This document shows positions 8,404 through 19,359 of a stretch of 64,000 nt of DNA, piece by piece. Both the position numbers and the translations under genes were made by a program. Each line of letters starts with the position of its first letter. The first letter of the stretch is position 1. Where the stretch lies: assembly GCA_963727485.1 (NCBI GenBank), contig CAVSGM010000011.1:160001-224000 (forward strand), in the 5' to 3' direction. Origin of the DNA: an uncultured delta proteobacterium. GTDB lineage: Bacteria; Myxococcota; Myxococcia; SLRQ01. Under the pieces are notes generated by a model, which saw only the letters and a program-made list of their open reading frames with translations, had not been told where the DNA came from and did not search any database.

Positions 8404-9099
8404 TCAGGACTCGTCCTCCTCGCAGCCCACCAGGCGCACCAGGAGATCCGCCTCCGCCGGGGTGATCTCCCCGGTCTCGAGGAGGGCCTGCACCGCCTCG
8501 CACCCGGCGACCTTCCCCCGGCGTCGGTACTGGTAGATCCGGTCCCGGGCCCGGCGCAGCGCCACCTTGTCGTCCGGGTCGTCGGGGGCGGCCCACCGGG
8601 CGATCTGGGCGTCGATGTCGGTGCCGACGATCCGGGCCTCGAGGTGGACCCGGAGGTTGTGGCGGACCATCTCCAGGTCCCGCTCCCGGTGCAGGCGGGC
8701 GAGGGCCCCCTCGAGGCGGTCGAGGAGGGTCTCCATGTCCTGGCCGGCCAGGGGGTCGGGGGTGGCCGGGGCCCTTTGTTGCGGTGCATCATCCAGGTCC
8801 ACCAGGCGTCGCTCCCGGCGGATGACGTCGAGGACGTAGCGCTGGAGGATCCGGCTGCACCAGGCCCGGGCGGCGCGGTCGTCGTCGCCCCGGAACCGGG
8901 CCCGGCCCAGGCTCGCCTTGAGGACCACCTTCTGGATCGCCTCGTCGATGAGATCGTCCGAGGCCCGGTAGAACCGGCGGCGCACCACCCCCGGCGCGAA
9001 GTGCCGCAGCTCCTGGTAGAGGTGGCTGGCGGCGCGCTCACGGTCCATGCGGCTGGTCGCGTCCGAGGCGAGGATCTGGAGCCACTGGCACAGGCTCAT
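8404..9099 (-). CDS. Divergent ECF-type RNA polymerase sigma factor
   Basis: Sigma region-2 pattern DDLIDEAIQKVVLK...RFRG...AWCSRILQRYVLDVIRRERR; atypical region 4 (IDAQIA...RARDRIYQYRRRG). Confidence 0.7.
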   Translation of the reverse strand: MSLCQWLQILASDATSRMDRERAASHLYQELRHFAPGVVRRRFYRASDDLIDEAIQKVVLKASLGRARFRGDDDRAARAWCSRILQRYVLDVIRRERRLVDLDDAPQQRAPATPDPLAGQDMETLLDRLEGALARLHRERDLEMVRHNLRVHLEARIVGTDIDAQIARWAAPDDPDDKVALRRARDRIYQYRRRGKVAGCEAVQALLETGEITPAEADLLVRLVGCEEDES

Positions 9100-9213
9100 G
9101 GCGGCGGATGGTGCCAGACTCCGGCCCCGGGGGCGAGGATCCCGGCGTGCACGGCGATCCGGATGGCCTATCCTTTGGCCCAAGGCCGCCCGTTCCCCGC
9201 CCCCGGAGGCCCC

Positions 9214-10302
9214 GTGTCCCCGTCCGTCCTCCTCCTCTTCGTCGCCGGCGTCGTCCTGCTCCTCGTGGGCGCCGAGCTCCTGGTCCGCGGCGCCTCGCGC
9301 CTCGCGGTGGCCGTGGGGCTCTCGCCGCTCGTGGTGGGGCTGACGGTGGTCGCCTTCGGCACCAGCTCCCCGGAGCTGGCGGTGAGCGTCCACGGGGCGC
9401 TCGTCGGCCAGCCCGACGTGGCCCTGGGCAACGTCATCGGCAGCAACGTCATCAACGTCCTGGTGATCCTGGGCCTCACCGCGCTGGTCGCGCCCATCGC
9501 CGTGGCGCCCCGGCTCCTGCGGGTGGACGTGCCCCTGATGATCGGGGCCTCGGTGGCGGTGCTCCTCATGGGCCTCGACGGCCACCTGGGGTGGGCCGAC
9601 GGAACGATCCTCCTCGCCGGCGCGGTGGGCTACACCGCCTTCGTGGTCCAGCGGGCCCGGCGCGAGCGGGGCATCCTCGCCGCCGAGTACGAGGGCGAGT
9701 ACGGCCTCCACGGCGACCGCCCGAGCCTGGGGGTCCAGGGCCTGCTCATCGTCGCCGGCCTGGGCCTGCTGGTGCTGGGCTCCCGGTGGCTGGTGGACGG
9801 CGCCGTGGCCCTCGCCCACCACCTGGGCCTCTCGGAGCTGGTCATCTCCATCACCATCGTCGCCCTGGGCACCTCGCTCCCCGAGCTCGCCACCTCGCTG
9901 GTCGCCAGCCTCCGGGGCGAGCGCGACATCGCCGTGGGCAACGTCATCGGCTCCAACCTCTTCAACCTCCTGGTGGTCCTCGGGGCCGCGGCCCTGGTGG
10001 CGCCCGGGGGCATCCCCGTGGGCGCGCAGTCCCTCCACCTGGACCTGCCGGTGATGATCGCGGTCGCCGTCGGGTGCCTGCCGGTGTTCTTCACCCGCCA
10101 CGCCATCGACCGCTGGGAGGGCGCGCTCTTCCTCGCGTACTTCGGCGCCTACACCACCTACATCTTCCTCCGGGCCACCGGGTCGGCGGTGCTCCCGGCC
10201 TTCGACCTGGTGATGCTGGGGGCGGTGGTGCCCCTGACGGCGCTGGTCTTCGTGGTGCTGGTGATCCGGCACCTGCAGCGCGAGTCCCATAGCCACGCCT
10301 AG
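9214..10302 (+). CDS. Calcium/sodium antiporter (YrbG/CaCA family)
   Basis: Two alpha repeats, GTSSPEL...GNVIGSN and GTSLPEL...GNVIGSN. Confidence 0.95.
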   Translation: MSPSVLLLFVAGVVLLLVGAELLVRGASRLAVAVGLSPLVVGLTVVAFGTSSPELAVSVHGALVGQPDVALGNVIGSNVINVLVILGLTALVAPIAVAPRLLRVDVPLMIGASVAVLLMGLDGHLGWADGTILLAGAVGYTAFVVQRARRERGILAAEYEGEYGLHGDRPSLGVQGLLIVAGLGLLVLGSRWLVDGAVALAHHLGLSELVISITIVALGTSLPELATSLVASLRGERDIAVGNVIGSNLFNLLVVLGAAALVAPGGIPVGAQSLHLDLPVMIAVAVGCLPVFFTRHAIDRWEGALFLAYFGAYTTYIFLRATGSAVLPAFDLVMLGAVVPLTALVFVVLVIRHLQRESHSHA

Positions 10303-11094
10303 GTCCCGTCGAGAACCTCCCGGAGCACGTCGGGTCGATCGGTCATCATCCCGCCGACCCCGAGGGCCACCAGGTCCGCCATCGCCTGCCGGTCGTCGAC
10401 GGTCCACACGTTGACCCAGCGCCCGGCGTGCTCGGCGGCGGCGAGGAGCCCGGCGTCGACCACGTGGAGGCCCGCGACCGACACCGGCAGATTCGAGCAC
10501 CGCGTAGGGGACGTCGTCGGGGAGGGTCCCGGCCCGGGCGGCGACCACGAAGGCCGTGGCCGCCCGCCTCGGGTAGAAGTGGCAGCCCTCCGGGAAGGCG
10601 TCCACCAGCGCCCGGGCGCGGCGGTCGTCCTCGGAGCCGCAGCACACCCGGTCGACCGCGTCCGCGTCATGGACCGCGTCGGCGAAGGCCTCGGAGAGGT
10701 CCGGCCCGCCGGGCTTGAGCTCCACGTTGAAGCGGGTGTCCGGGTACCGGCGCAGGACCTCGTCGAGGGTCGAGAGGGTGAGCCCCTGGCCCCGGAAGGG
10801 GTGGGTGTGGCCGCCGTCGGGGCTGAAGGTGAAGCCCGCGTCCCGGCCGAGCACCTCGGCGGCGTCCAGGGACCCCACCCGCCCGGGCCGCCCGGTGAGC
10901 CGCGCCAGATCGTCGTCGTGGCAGACCACCAGCACCCCGTCCCGGGTCCCCTGCACGTCGATCTCCAGCATGTCGGTCCGGTAGAGCTCGGTGGCCAGGT
11001 CGAAGGCCGCCACCGTGTTCTCCGGCGCCAGGGCGCTGCCGCCCCGGTGGGCGATGTGCAGGGTCGGCTTCAGGCCCTCCAGGAACGGGTGCAT
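10299..11094 (-). CDS. Glycerophosphodiester phosphodiesterase (frameshift ~10495)
   Basis: IAHRGG...PENT, EIDV, VCHD, NVELK; the C-terminal VNVWTVDD...GVGGMMTDRP is in another frame. Confidence 0.9.
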
Positions 11095-11279
11095 GGGCGG
11101 TAGGGTAGGGGCCAGGGGTGGGCGGGCGCCAGGGGGGCTGCTGCATGGAGGCCAGTGAATTGTTCTAGCGGCCACCGCCTCATCGTTGTCTGCGCGCCCG
11201 CGGCCAGCGCCACACCCGAAGCGGATCGGTGGGCGCATGGCTTCGCCGCTGCGGTGGTTCGATCGCGAGGAGGGTGCGC

Positions 11280-12656
11280 ATGACAACGGGCAAGCTGGCA
11301 GGACGGATCGCGGTGACGTTCTTCCTGGCGCTGACTTGTGCCGCCTGCGGGCCGTACCTCAAGAACGTGGAGGTGAGCCGCCTCGCGTTCCGCAGCAGCG
11401 AGCGCTGCACCCAGGGGCCGCTGTTGGTGCACTTCAAGGCCTCCGGCGCCAGGTGGGGTGAGCAGTTCTCGGTGGCCATCGTCGGGCCGCGGGCGGTGCA
11501 GGGCCAGGCCACCCTGGCGGTGGACGGAAAGCGCAAGACGCAGAGCCGATTCCGCAGCTACCACACCTGGAAGCAGACCCACCCCAGCCGCGTCCGCTCC
11601 CAGCAGGACCTCGAGGCCAACAACACCCGCTGCCTGCAGCGCCCCGAGCCGGTAGTCGCCGGCCAGGACGCTCCCTCAACCGGCGGAGCTGCCGCACCAC
11701 CGACCGTGGCGCATCGGGAAACCGTCGTGGCGCCGCCGCCACCTGCGCCCGCCGCACGACCCAGGCCCGAGGCCCCTGTCGGTCCGGCCCACCTGGTGCT
11801 GCTGCCGGGTCGGTCCGACGACCGGGGTGTCGGCCACCACCGCGCGGACGTGATCTCATACACCTGGACCAGCAACGATCCCGACGCGACGCACGGCCCG
11901 TTCCGCAAGGGCGAGGACATCACGGTGCGCATCTGGTCCTCCGAGCCCAACGACCTGAAGGGGGCCTCCATCGTGGCGATCCACCAGATCTTCCAGCCCA
12001 GCGACGAGAAGAAGTGGATTGCGAAACTGCGTCAGGACGAGCGCCACCAGCAGCAGGCGTGGAAGGAGGCCGAGGCCAAGGCTCGGGAGCGCGACAACTA
12101 CTGCTTCGCCCACCACGACAGCGAGGACTGCTGGGGCAAGGGGGGCTATGCCGGGAGGGTCAAGCATCAGCGGGAAGCCCAGGAGCGGGCGTGGAAGCGG
12201 GCGCGCGAGGCCGCGAAGCACCCGAAGTCCAAGAAGGTCGTGCGGGTTGCCAGGCGCCCCGTGGCCGGACCGCCGCCCGCGGCCAAGGCCGAGACCCCGC
12301 CGCCGCGTCCCACCCCGCACGCCGAGTGGATCAACGGCTATTGGCACTGGAGCGGCACGGCGTGGGTGTGGTTCGGCGGCTGGTGGCGTGTGCCCAGGCG
12401 CGATCGCAGGCCGCCTGCGGTCGTGACGGCCACCGCTGGCTGTGGGTGTCCGGCCACTGGGGCCTGCGGGGCGGCGTGCATGTGGATGTGCACGTGGAGC
12501 TGCCGGTGCCGGTGCCTCGGAGGGCCCAGGGGCGGTAGGCGCGTGGACGATGGTGAGCCAGTAGGCGTCCGAGCCAGCGGTGCGCGGTGGGCCGGTCGTC
12601 GCGTGCAGGCTGGACCGCGGCAAGCGGTCGCAGGCCAGCATCTTACGGTAGGATGA
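11280..12656 (+). CDS. Hypothetical lipoprotein with a WxxGxW repeat (C-terminus uncertain)
   Basis: Lipobox LTCAAC; Pro-rich linkers; EWINGYWHWSGTAWVWFGGWW. Confidence 0.65.
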   Translation: MTTGKLAGRIAVTFFLALTCAACGPYLKNVEVSRLAFRSSERCTQGPLLVHFKASGARWGEQFSVAIVGPRAVQGQATLAVDGKRKTQSRFRSYHTWKQTHPSRVRSQQDLEANNTRCLQRPEPVVAGQDAPSTGGAAAPPTVAHRETVVAPPPPAPAARPRPEAPVGPAHLVLLPGRSDDRGVGHHRADVISYTWTSNDPDATHGPFRKGEDITVRIWSSEPNDLKGASIVAIHQIFQPSDEKKWIAKLRQDERHQQQAWKEAEAKARERDNYCFAHHDSEDCWGKGGYAGRVKHQREAQERAWKRAREAAKHPKSKKVVRVARRPVAGPPPAAKAETPPPRPTPHAEWINGYWHWSGTAWVWFGGWWRVPRRDRRPPAVVTATAGCGCPATGACGAACMWMCTWSCRCRCLGGPRGGRRVDDGEPVGVRASGARWAGRRVQAGPRQAVAGQHLTVG

Positions 12657-12737
12657 GTCCCCGCGGACCCGCGGGGCCGGTCCCGCAAGGGCCGACCGGT
12701 CAACCGGCCGCACCGAAGACCTGTACGTTCCGGAACC

Positions 12738-15221
12738 ATGGAGATCTGTATGCGCTGGCTCGCGACGGGGTTGCTCTTCGCTTCGATCCTCTTCGTCGCG
12801 CCGGGCTGCGGACAGCAGGCGGGGGGCGGCGCGGACGGCGGGCCCCTCGCCGATGGCGGGTGGCTCCCGGACGGCGGGCGGCTCCCGGACGGCGGGCGGC
12901 TCCCGGACGGCGGCGGCTCCCGGACGGAGGCGTCCCGGGGGCCTGCACCAGCCAGTCGGACTGCGACGGCGGCGTGTGCGTCGGCGGGACCTGCTGCGCC
13001 GCGGCCGACGTCTGCGGGAACGCCTGCTGCGGCGGCGGCGAGGTCTGCCTGTTCAACGCCTGCGTGACCCCCGGCCAGTCCTGCCACACGGGCGAATGAC
13101 TGCGATCCCGGCCAGTACTGCGAGACCGGGCTCGGCGGCGCGGCCGACGGCGGCATGGGCCCCGACGGCGGCACCGGCTCCGACGGCGGCGCCACCTGCA
13201 CCCAGTCGCTGCCGCTCCAGGGCCGCTGCCTCGACCTCCCGACCGTCTGCGGCGCCGACGGCGGCGCGGGGGCGTCCGACGGGGGCTGCGTCGCGAGCTG
13301 CGAGTACCACCCGAAGGCGGGACAGCTGACCGCCGTGGCGAGGTGGAGCTGGGGCCCCACCGCCCAGAAGTATCCGAACGACACCGACGTCTGGTCCACC
13401 CCCGTGGTCGGCCGCGTCTACGACGCCAACTGCGACGGCAAGGTCGACGAGCTCGACGCCCCCGACGTCATCTTCGTCTCGGGCGACTCGATCAACCCCT
13501 CCACCGGGCTCGGCACCTACTGCTCCAACTCCGCGGTCGCCGGTGCGTGCAAGAAGGGGGTGCTCCGCATGCTCGACGGCCGGACCGGACAGGAGATCTG
13601 GTCGCTCGCCAAGGCGAGCCCGACCTCCGAGGGCTTCGCCGGCGTCTCGGTGGCCATCGGCGACATCGACGGCGACGGACGGATGGACATCGTCGCGGTG
13701 ACCGGGGAAGGGTACGTGGTGCTGATCGACGCCAACGGCAAGGTGCTCCGCACCAGCGACAAGCCCATCCCGGCGGCCTCGTCGGGCAACTTCGGCTGGG
13801 GAGGCGGCCTGGCGGTCGCGGACATGGACGGCGACGGCCACCCCGAGATTGCCTACGGGGCGACCGTCTTCACCACCACCGGCGGCAAGATCACCCTGAA
13901 GTTCTCCGGCACCGCGGGACAGGGCGGGGGAAACGAGGGCGAGGACCTGTCGACCTTCGTCGACCTCGACGGCGCGCCCGACGGGCACCTCGAGCTCCTC
14001 GCGGGGAACACGGCCTACAGGGCGGACGGCTCGATCCTCTGGAATCGCACCGACCTCACCGACGGGTTCCCCGGCGTCGGCGACTTCGACCAGAACGGCA
14101 CCCCCGAGGCGGTGCTGGTGACCAAGGGCACCCTCACCCTCCTCGACGGCAAGACGGGGGCGACGGTGCTCGGCCCGGTCAAGCTCCCCGGCAACGGCTT
14201 CGGCGGTCCGCCGACGGTGGCCGACTTCGACGGCGACGGCAAGCCGGAGATTGGCGTGGCCCAGCAGAACTACTACTCGGTGCTCAAGCCGAAGTTCGGG
14301 AGCAACACCATCGACGTCCTCTGGAAGACCCAGAACCACGACCTGAGCTCCGCGGTGACCGGCTCGAGCGTCTTCGACTTCGAGGGCGACGGGAAGGCCG
14401 AGGTGATCTACGCCGACGAGTGCTTCCTCTGGGTCCTCGACGGGCAGACGGGGGCGGTGCGCTTCGCCGCGTCCCACACCTCGTTCACCGCGACCGAGAC
14501 GTCACTCCTCGCGGACATCGACGGCGACGGCCGCGCCGAGATGCTCATGGTCTCGAACAGCGCCGACCCGAGCTCGCACGGCTGGCACTGCCTGGACTCG
14601 AGCGGCAACCCGATCACCATGAACGGTGTCACCTGGAAGCCCGGCCCGGCGGCGGGCGAGTCCTACCGCGGGATCACGGTCTTCGGAGACCGGGCGAACT
14701 CCTGGGTGGGCACGCGCACCCTCTGGAACGAGCACACCTACCACGTCTCCAACATCTGCGACGACCGGGACTCCGCCTGCGACGCGCCGAACGTCTACGG
14801 CAGCATCCCCAAGGTGGAGAAGAAGAACTGGCTCGTGCCCTGGCTGAACGACTTCCGTCAGAACGTGCAGGACAAGGGGCTCTTCGACGCACCCGACGCC
14901 ACGGTGTCGCTCTCGGTGTCGTGCGGCAACCCGATCGGCGCGTCGGTCTCGGTGCGCAACGCCGGCCTCGCCTCGCTGCCGGCCGGTGTCCAGGTGCAGG
15001 TGCTGGTGCAGGCGACGGGGACGGTGGTGGGGCAGGGGACGACGGCGCACGCGCTCTCGCCCGGCCAGACCGAGAAGCTCTTCGTGTCGCTCGATCCGTC
15101 GGCCACCCTGAGCGACACGTTCATCGCCAAGATTGTCGTCGATCCGACGAACCCGACCTTCCACGAGTGCCGCACCGACAACGACGAGAGCGCCCCCACG
15201 GGGGCGTTCTGCCCGCATTGA
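12738..15221 (+). CDS. Secreted Cys-rich FG-GAP/VCBS-repeat lipoprotein with a C-terminal CARDB-like domain (frameshifts ~12940, ~13095)
   Basis: Lipobox VAPGC; repeated GDIDGDGRMDIV, ADMDGDGHPEI, ADFDGDGKPEI; C-terminal VRNAG...VDP...HECRTDND. Confidence 0.85.
12835..12925 (+). repeat. 18-bp coding tandem repeat (DGGxLP units)
   Basis: About 4-5 imperfect gacggcgggcggctcccg units. Confidence 0.8.
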
Positions 15222-15238
15222 CCGCCCGTCAGCGGGGG

Positions 15239-16323
15239 TCAGTAGATCCAGGGGACGATGCGGCGCGGGACCCGCTGGCGGTAGGTGTCCCACAGGGCGC
15301 CGTACTTGGCGGCGCAGCGGCGGTCGTCGTCCCGCTCGCGGGAGACGAGGAGGGCGACGTAGTAGAGCGGGTAGAGCCACGGCCACAGGCGGTCGGGCCA
15401 GCCGAGGGCGAGGGCGAGGCCGAGCCCCATCAGGATCTCGCCGAGGTAGTTCACGTGCCTGGAGACGGCCCAGAAGCCGCTGCACAACAGCGCCCGCTCG
15501 CCGTCGCTGACCGTCCGCGGGGGGATGAGGCCGAGGAAGGCGCGCTCGGGGGCGATCTTGAAGGTGAACTTCTGCAGGTTGGCGCCCCGCGACAGGCTCC
15601 AGCCGGCGAAGAAGACGACGGCGTAGACTGCCAGCAGCACGGTCGGGGTGTGCGGGTTCGGGAGCTCGGCCGTGCCCCAGAGGCCGACCGCGTAGAAGTA
15701 CGGGTAGAAGACGAGGCAGCCCCAGCCGAGCTTGAAGCCGACCCGCTCGGCGAAGAGATCGTAGGTGTAGAGGTGGACCCGCTCGAAGGTGAGGTAGTCG
15801 ACGACGAACCAGGAGAAGAGGCCGAGGTAGAGGGTGACGCCGGGCGAGGGATTGGCCGGGTAGAGGAGCCGGTGGTGGGCGGCGAAGGCGAGCAGGTTGA
15901 GCTCGAGCATCACCGCGCCGAAGAGGTAGAGGAACATCTTGGCGTCGACGCGGCCGCCGAAGCCCTGGGGGTTCTCGAGCCGGCCGAGGAAGAGGTCGGC
16001 GAGGAGCCCGCGGCCGGTCGGCGGGGCGCGGAGCACGATGACGGCGGTGAACAGCCGAGCCCGAGGGTGCAGGCGCCGGCGAGCCCCTCCCAGCGGACGG
16101 TCCACAGGGCGTCCCAGGGGAGCGCCCCCGAGGCGCCGAGGCCCACCCAGGCGGCGACGGTGACGATGAGGACCAGGAGGCCGTTGAGCCGGTAGCGCAG
16201 CGGCTCGCCGGTGCCGGGATCGCGGACGTAGCCGGCCACGCGCCGGGCCGGCAGCGCGAGGTGGAGGGCCAGGACCAGCCCGCAGACGAGCCAGGGTGCG
16301 AAGAATCCCGCCAAGTGTGCCAT
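15239..16323 (-). CDS. ERG4/ERG24-family sterol reductase-like membrane protein (frameshift ~16060)
   Basis: YRLNG, DLFLGRLENP, ERVGFKLGWGCL, GANLQKFTFK, LLCSGFWAVSRHVNYLGEIL, RERDDDRRCAAKYGALW. Confidence 0.9.
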
Positions 16324-16443
16324 GCGTCGCGCAGGGTAGCAGAGCGTGCCGGCCCTGCCACCGGCAACCGCACGGGCGACGCCGGGGCCGTTGCGCCTCG
16401 CGGCGGGAGGCGTAGCCTGGGCGCCGCGCAGGAGGAGGAGGCC

Positions 16444-17274
16444 GTGAGCGAGGACTTCAGAGCCAGATACGGGCCGTGGGCCCTGGTCGCCGGAGCGTCG
16501 GAGGGCCTCGGCGAGGCGTTCGCCGCCGGGATCGCCGCCCGGGGGGTGAACGTCGCCATGGTGGCGCGCCGGGCCGACACGCTGGAGCGCACCGCGGCGC
16601 GCGTGGCCGAGGCCCACGGGGTCGAGACCCGGGCGCTTTGCGCCGACCTCTCCGACCCACGGGCCCCGGCGCGGCTCCTCGACGCGGTGGCGGAGCTCGA
16701 CCTCGGGCTCTTCGTCTACAACGCGGCGCTGTCGGTGCCGGGGCCGTACCTCGACGTCGACGCCGGCGTCCACCTCGCCGCCATCCAGACCAACTGCGCC
16801 AGCCCGGCGGCGCTCGCCCACGGCCTCGGGCGCCGCCTGCGAGACCGGGGGCGCGGCGGGATCCTGCTGGTGTCGTCGCTCTCGGCCTTCTACGGGGCCG
16901 GCTACCTGGCGACCTACGCGGCGACCAAGGCCTTCGGGCTGACCCTCGCCGAGGGGCTCTGGGCCGAGCTCTCGGACGCGGGGGTGGACGTGCTCGCGAC
17001 CTGCGCCGGCTCGACCCTCACCCCGGGCTACGCGGCGCGGGCCCCGGCGCGGCTGCCGAGGCTGGCGCCGGCCCCGATGGACCCGGCCGCGGTGGCCGAG
17101 GACGCCCTGCACCAGCTCGGCCGCCGCGGGCCGCGCGTCATCCCCGGGCGAGCCAACCGCGTGGCCAGCTTCCTCCTGCGCGCCTTCGTGCCGCGGCGCC
17201 GCGCCATCCGCATCATGACCGAGGCCGGCCGGGCCGTAGCCGAGGCGGAAGGCCGCCGGGAGGGCGACGGCTGA
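16444..17274 (+). CDS. Short-chain dehydrogenase/reductase
   Basis: YGPWALVAGASEGLG, YNAA, YAATK. Confidence 0.95.
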   Translation: MSEDFRARYGPWALVAGASEGLGEAFAAGIAARGVNVAMVARRADTLERTAARVAEAHGVETRALCADLSDPRAPARLLDAVAELDLGLFVYNAALSVPGPYLDVDAGVHLAAIQTNCASPAALAHGLGRRLRDRGRGGILLVSSLSAFYGAGYLATYAATKAFGLTLAEGLWAELSDAGVDVLATCAGSTLTPGYAARAPARLPRLAPAPMDPAAVAEDALHQLGRRGPRVIPGRANRVASFLLRAFVPRRRAIRIMTEAGRAVAEAEGRREGDG

Positions 17275-17336
17275 TCGGGGCCAGGTCCGCCGCTCGACAG
17301 CGAGCCCGGCTTCCCCTTGGGTGGAGGCCTTCCAAG

Positions 17337-17397
17337 GGTGTAGGAAGCATGAACGCCCTTGTCGGACCTACCCCGGGGCGCCCCAAGGCCTATATCC
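17337..17397 (+). repeat. ~61-bp direct repeat, copy 1
   Basis: GGTGTAGGAAGCATGA...TCGGAC.TA...CCCCAAGGCCTATATCC, also present at 21387-21448. Confidence 0.85.
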
Positions 17398-17698
17398 TAT
17401 CGTAGAATCGGGGTCTGCGACGGAGCGCCGGGTTCCAAATTCTGATTCAGGTCATTCAAGGTCGGCGTCTGTAACAATCTCAAAATGCTTCGACGACGTA
17501 CGCATTTGCATTACCGATCCGTCGTTTGAAGGTTTGCTGGTTGAGGTGTTTGACCGGGTTGGGGGTAGCGCCATAGGCAATGCAGGCATTACGTCGCACA
17601 TGCCTGGCTCTCTCGATGACCTCGCAACGCTAACGAGCAGTGCGCGAAACGCTCAAAGATGAGCCTGTTGTGAGCGTTGAGAAAAAAGGAATAGTGTT

Positions 17699-19279
17699 GT
17701 GAAACCGAATATTGAAATAGCAAGCAAAGCCCGTTTTGAGAAGCGCAATAGTAGAAACTGCGACCCCGTGATTCCAGGTGAGCGTGTTCCTGCACAACGA
17801 TTGCCTCGAAGCTGTTGTCACCTGTTTCTGATAGCAGTGTTGCTCGGATCTGTGTGCTGCGTGCTGCCGTCGACAGCCATGGCGAAGGAACCTATCGGCA
17901 GAACCGGCGAAGTGCAGAAGCTGACCGCCCCTACCAAAGGAGAACTCTCCTCTGCGCCCACAAAGGTAGACGTAAAACCCGTCGCGCACGATGAAGAGAT
18001 CCGAAAGCGACTCCAGCGCGTTCTGGAAGCTACCGACTGGTTTACTGACCCACAAGTCAAGGTCGAAGAAGGCGTTGTCTTTCTTAATGGCAAGGTGAAG
18101 TCCGATGAGTTGAAGAAATGGGCCGGCGATCTGGCACACAACACTCAGGACGTTGTCGCCGTGGTTAACCGACTGGAGGTGACCCAGCAGTCGGTATGGG
18201 ATTTCCACCATGCATGGAGCGGCATGCTGGCATTTTGGCGCGACTTCATCCGTGCGATTCCTTTCGTTATTTTAGGGCTGCTCATCCTGGCGCTGTCGGT
18301 GGGCAGTGCCCTGCTGACAGCTCGCGGCATCCAGGCGGTGCTGCGCTCGCGGGTTCGAAACAAACTCCTGAAAAATGTAATCGCGCGTACCGTGGGCGGG
18401 CTCGTTGTACTCTGTGGTGTCTACCTTATTCTGAGGGTCTCTGGCCTGACGCAACTGGCGTTGACGCTGGTCGGCGGCACCGGTCTGATCGGCCTGATCG
18501 TGGGTATCGCATTCCGGGATATCACCGAAAACTTCCTGTCCAGCATCTTCCTCGGTATACAGCCGCCGTTTGAGACCGGTGACCTGGTCGAGATAACCGG
18601 CGTGACCGGGTATGTGCAGCAATTGAACATGCGCACCACGATCTTGATGACCCTTGATGGAAATCTCGTGCAGATCCCCAACGCCAGTGTTTACAAGAGC
18701 AACCTCAGCAACTTCACCACCAACGCCAACCGGTGCGAGAATTTTGTCGTCGGCATTGGCTATGACGATACGATCAGTGAGGCCCAGGAGATTGCCCGGC
18801 AGGTTCTGGCAGATCACCCGGCCGTTCTGAACGACCCAGAGCCCGCGGTATTAGCTGACAGTCTGGGGAAATCTACAGTGAACCTGCGCGTCTATTTTTG
18901 GCTCAATGGCCGCGAGTACAGTTGGTTGAAGGTGCGCTCTTCGGTGATCCGGCAGGTAAAACGCGCTTTTCAGGAACATGACATTTGGATGCCCGACGAG
19001 GCCCGAGAGGTTGTCTTTCCACAAGGCATTCCTGTCACCATGCTAGAGCGAATCCCGACAGATGAGCATGCTGCAACGCCGGGGAAACAACCCCCCACCG
19101 AACCGCGGCACAAAGAAGTCGATCTGGCGTCGACGAAAGCGGAAGCCGGCTTATACAGCGAGGCCACCGTCATCAAGGAACAGGCGCGGCAGGCACAACC
19201 GCTGAAGGAAGGGGAAAATCTCTTGCCGGATGCTTCCGCAACCGTCGCACAGAGACAGACGAAGGACGCAAGTAGATAA
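17699..19279 (+). CDS. Mechanosensitive channel MscS with an N-terminal BON domain, in a lower-GC insert (start uncertain)
   Basis: VKVEEGVVFLNG...VVAVVNRLEV (BON); GIAFRDITENF...PFETGDLVEI...MRTTILMTLDGNLVQIPN (MscS). Confidence 0.9.
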   Translation: MKPNIEIASKARFEKRNSRNCDPVIPGERVPAQRLPRSCCHLFLIAVLLGSVCCVLPSTAMAKEPIGRTGEVQKLTAPTKGELSSAPTKVDVKPVAHDEEIRKRLQRVLEATDWFTDPQVKVEEGVVFLNGKVKSDELKKWAGDLAHNTQDVVAVVNRLEVTQQSVWDFHHAWSGMLAFWRDFIRAIPFVILGLLILALSVGSALLTARGIQAVLRSRVRNKLLKNVIARTVGGLVVLCGVYLILRVSGLTQLALTLVGGTGLIGLIVGIAFRDITENFLSSIFLGIQPPFETGDLVEITGVTGYVQQLNMRTTILMTLDGNLVQIPNASVYKSNLSNFTTNANRCENFVVGIGYDDTISEAQEIARQVLADHPAVLNDPEPAVLADSLGKSTVNLRVYFWLNGREYSWLKVRSSVIRQVKRAFQEHDIWMPDEAREVVFPQGIPVTMLERIPTDEHAATPGKQPPTEPRHKEVDLASTKAEAGLYSEATVIKEQARQAQPLKEGENLLPDASATVAQRQTKDASR

Positions 19280-19359
19280 TGGAACAGACATGAGTCTATT
19301 TCGTCAGCTATGATCTCCACGCAGCCGTCTGGATCTACGTCAATCACCACTACTTTATG

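Noticed and set aside
8282..8404. 40-aa ORF overlapping the sigma stop (TGATG) as a fourth gene of the triad
   Set aside because: Low-complexity sequence with no motif, and the next gene has its own RBS. It could also be a frameshifted N-terminal extension, so it is not supportable.
17337..17397. Integron attC site or dif site
   Set aside because: It lacks the RYYYAAC/GTTRRRY cores and a XerD arm (TTATGTTAAAT-like); no integrase is in the window.
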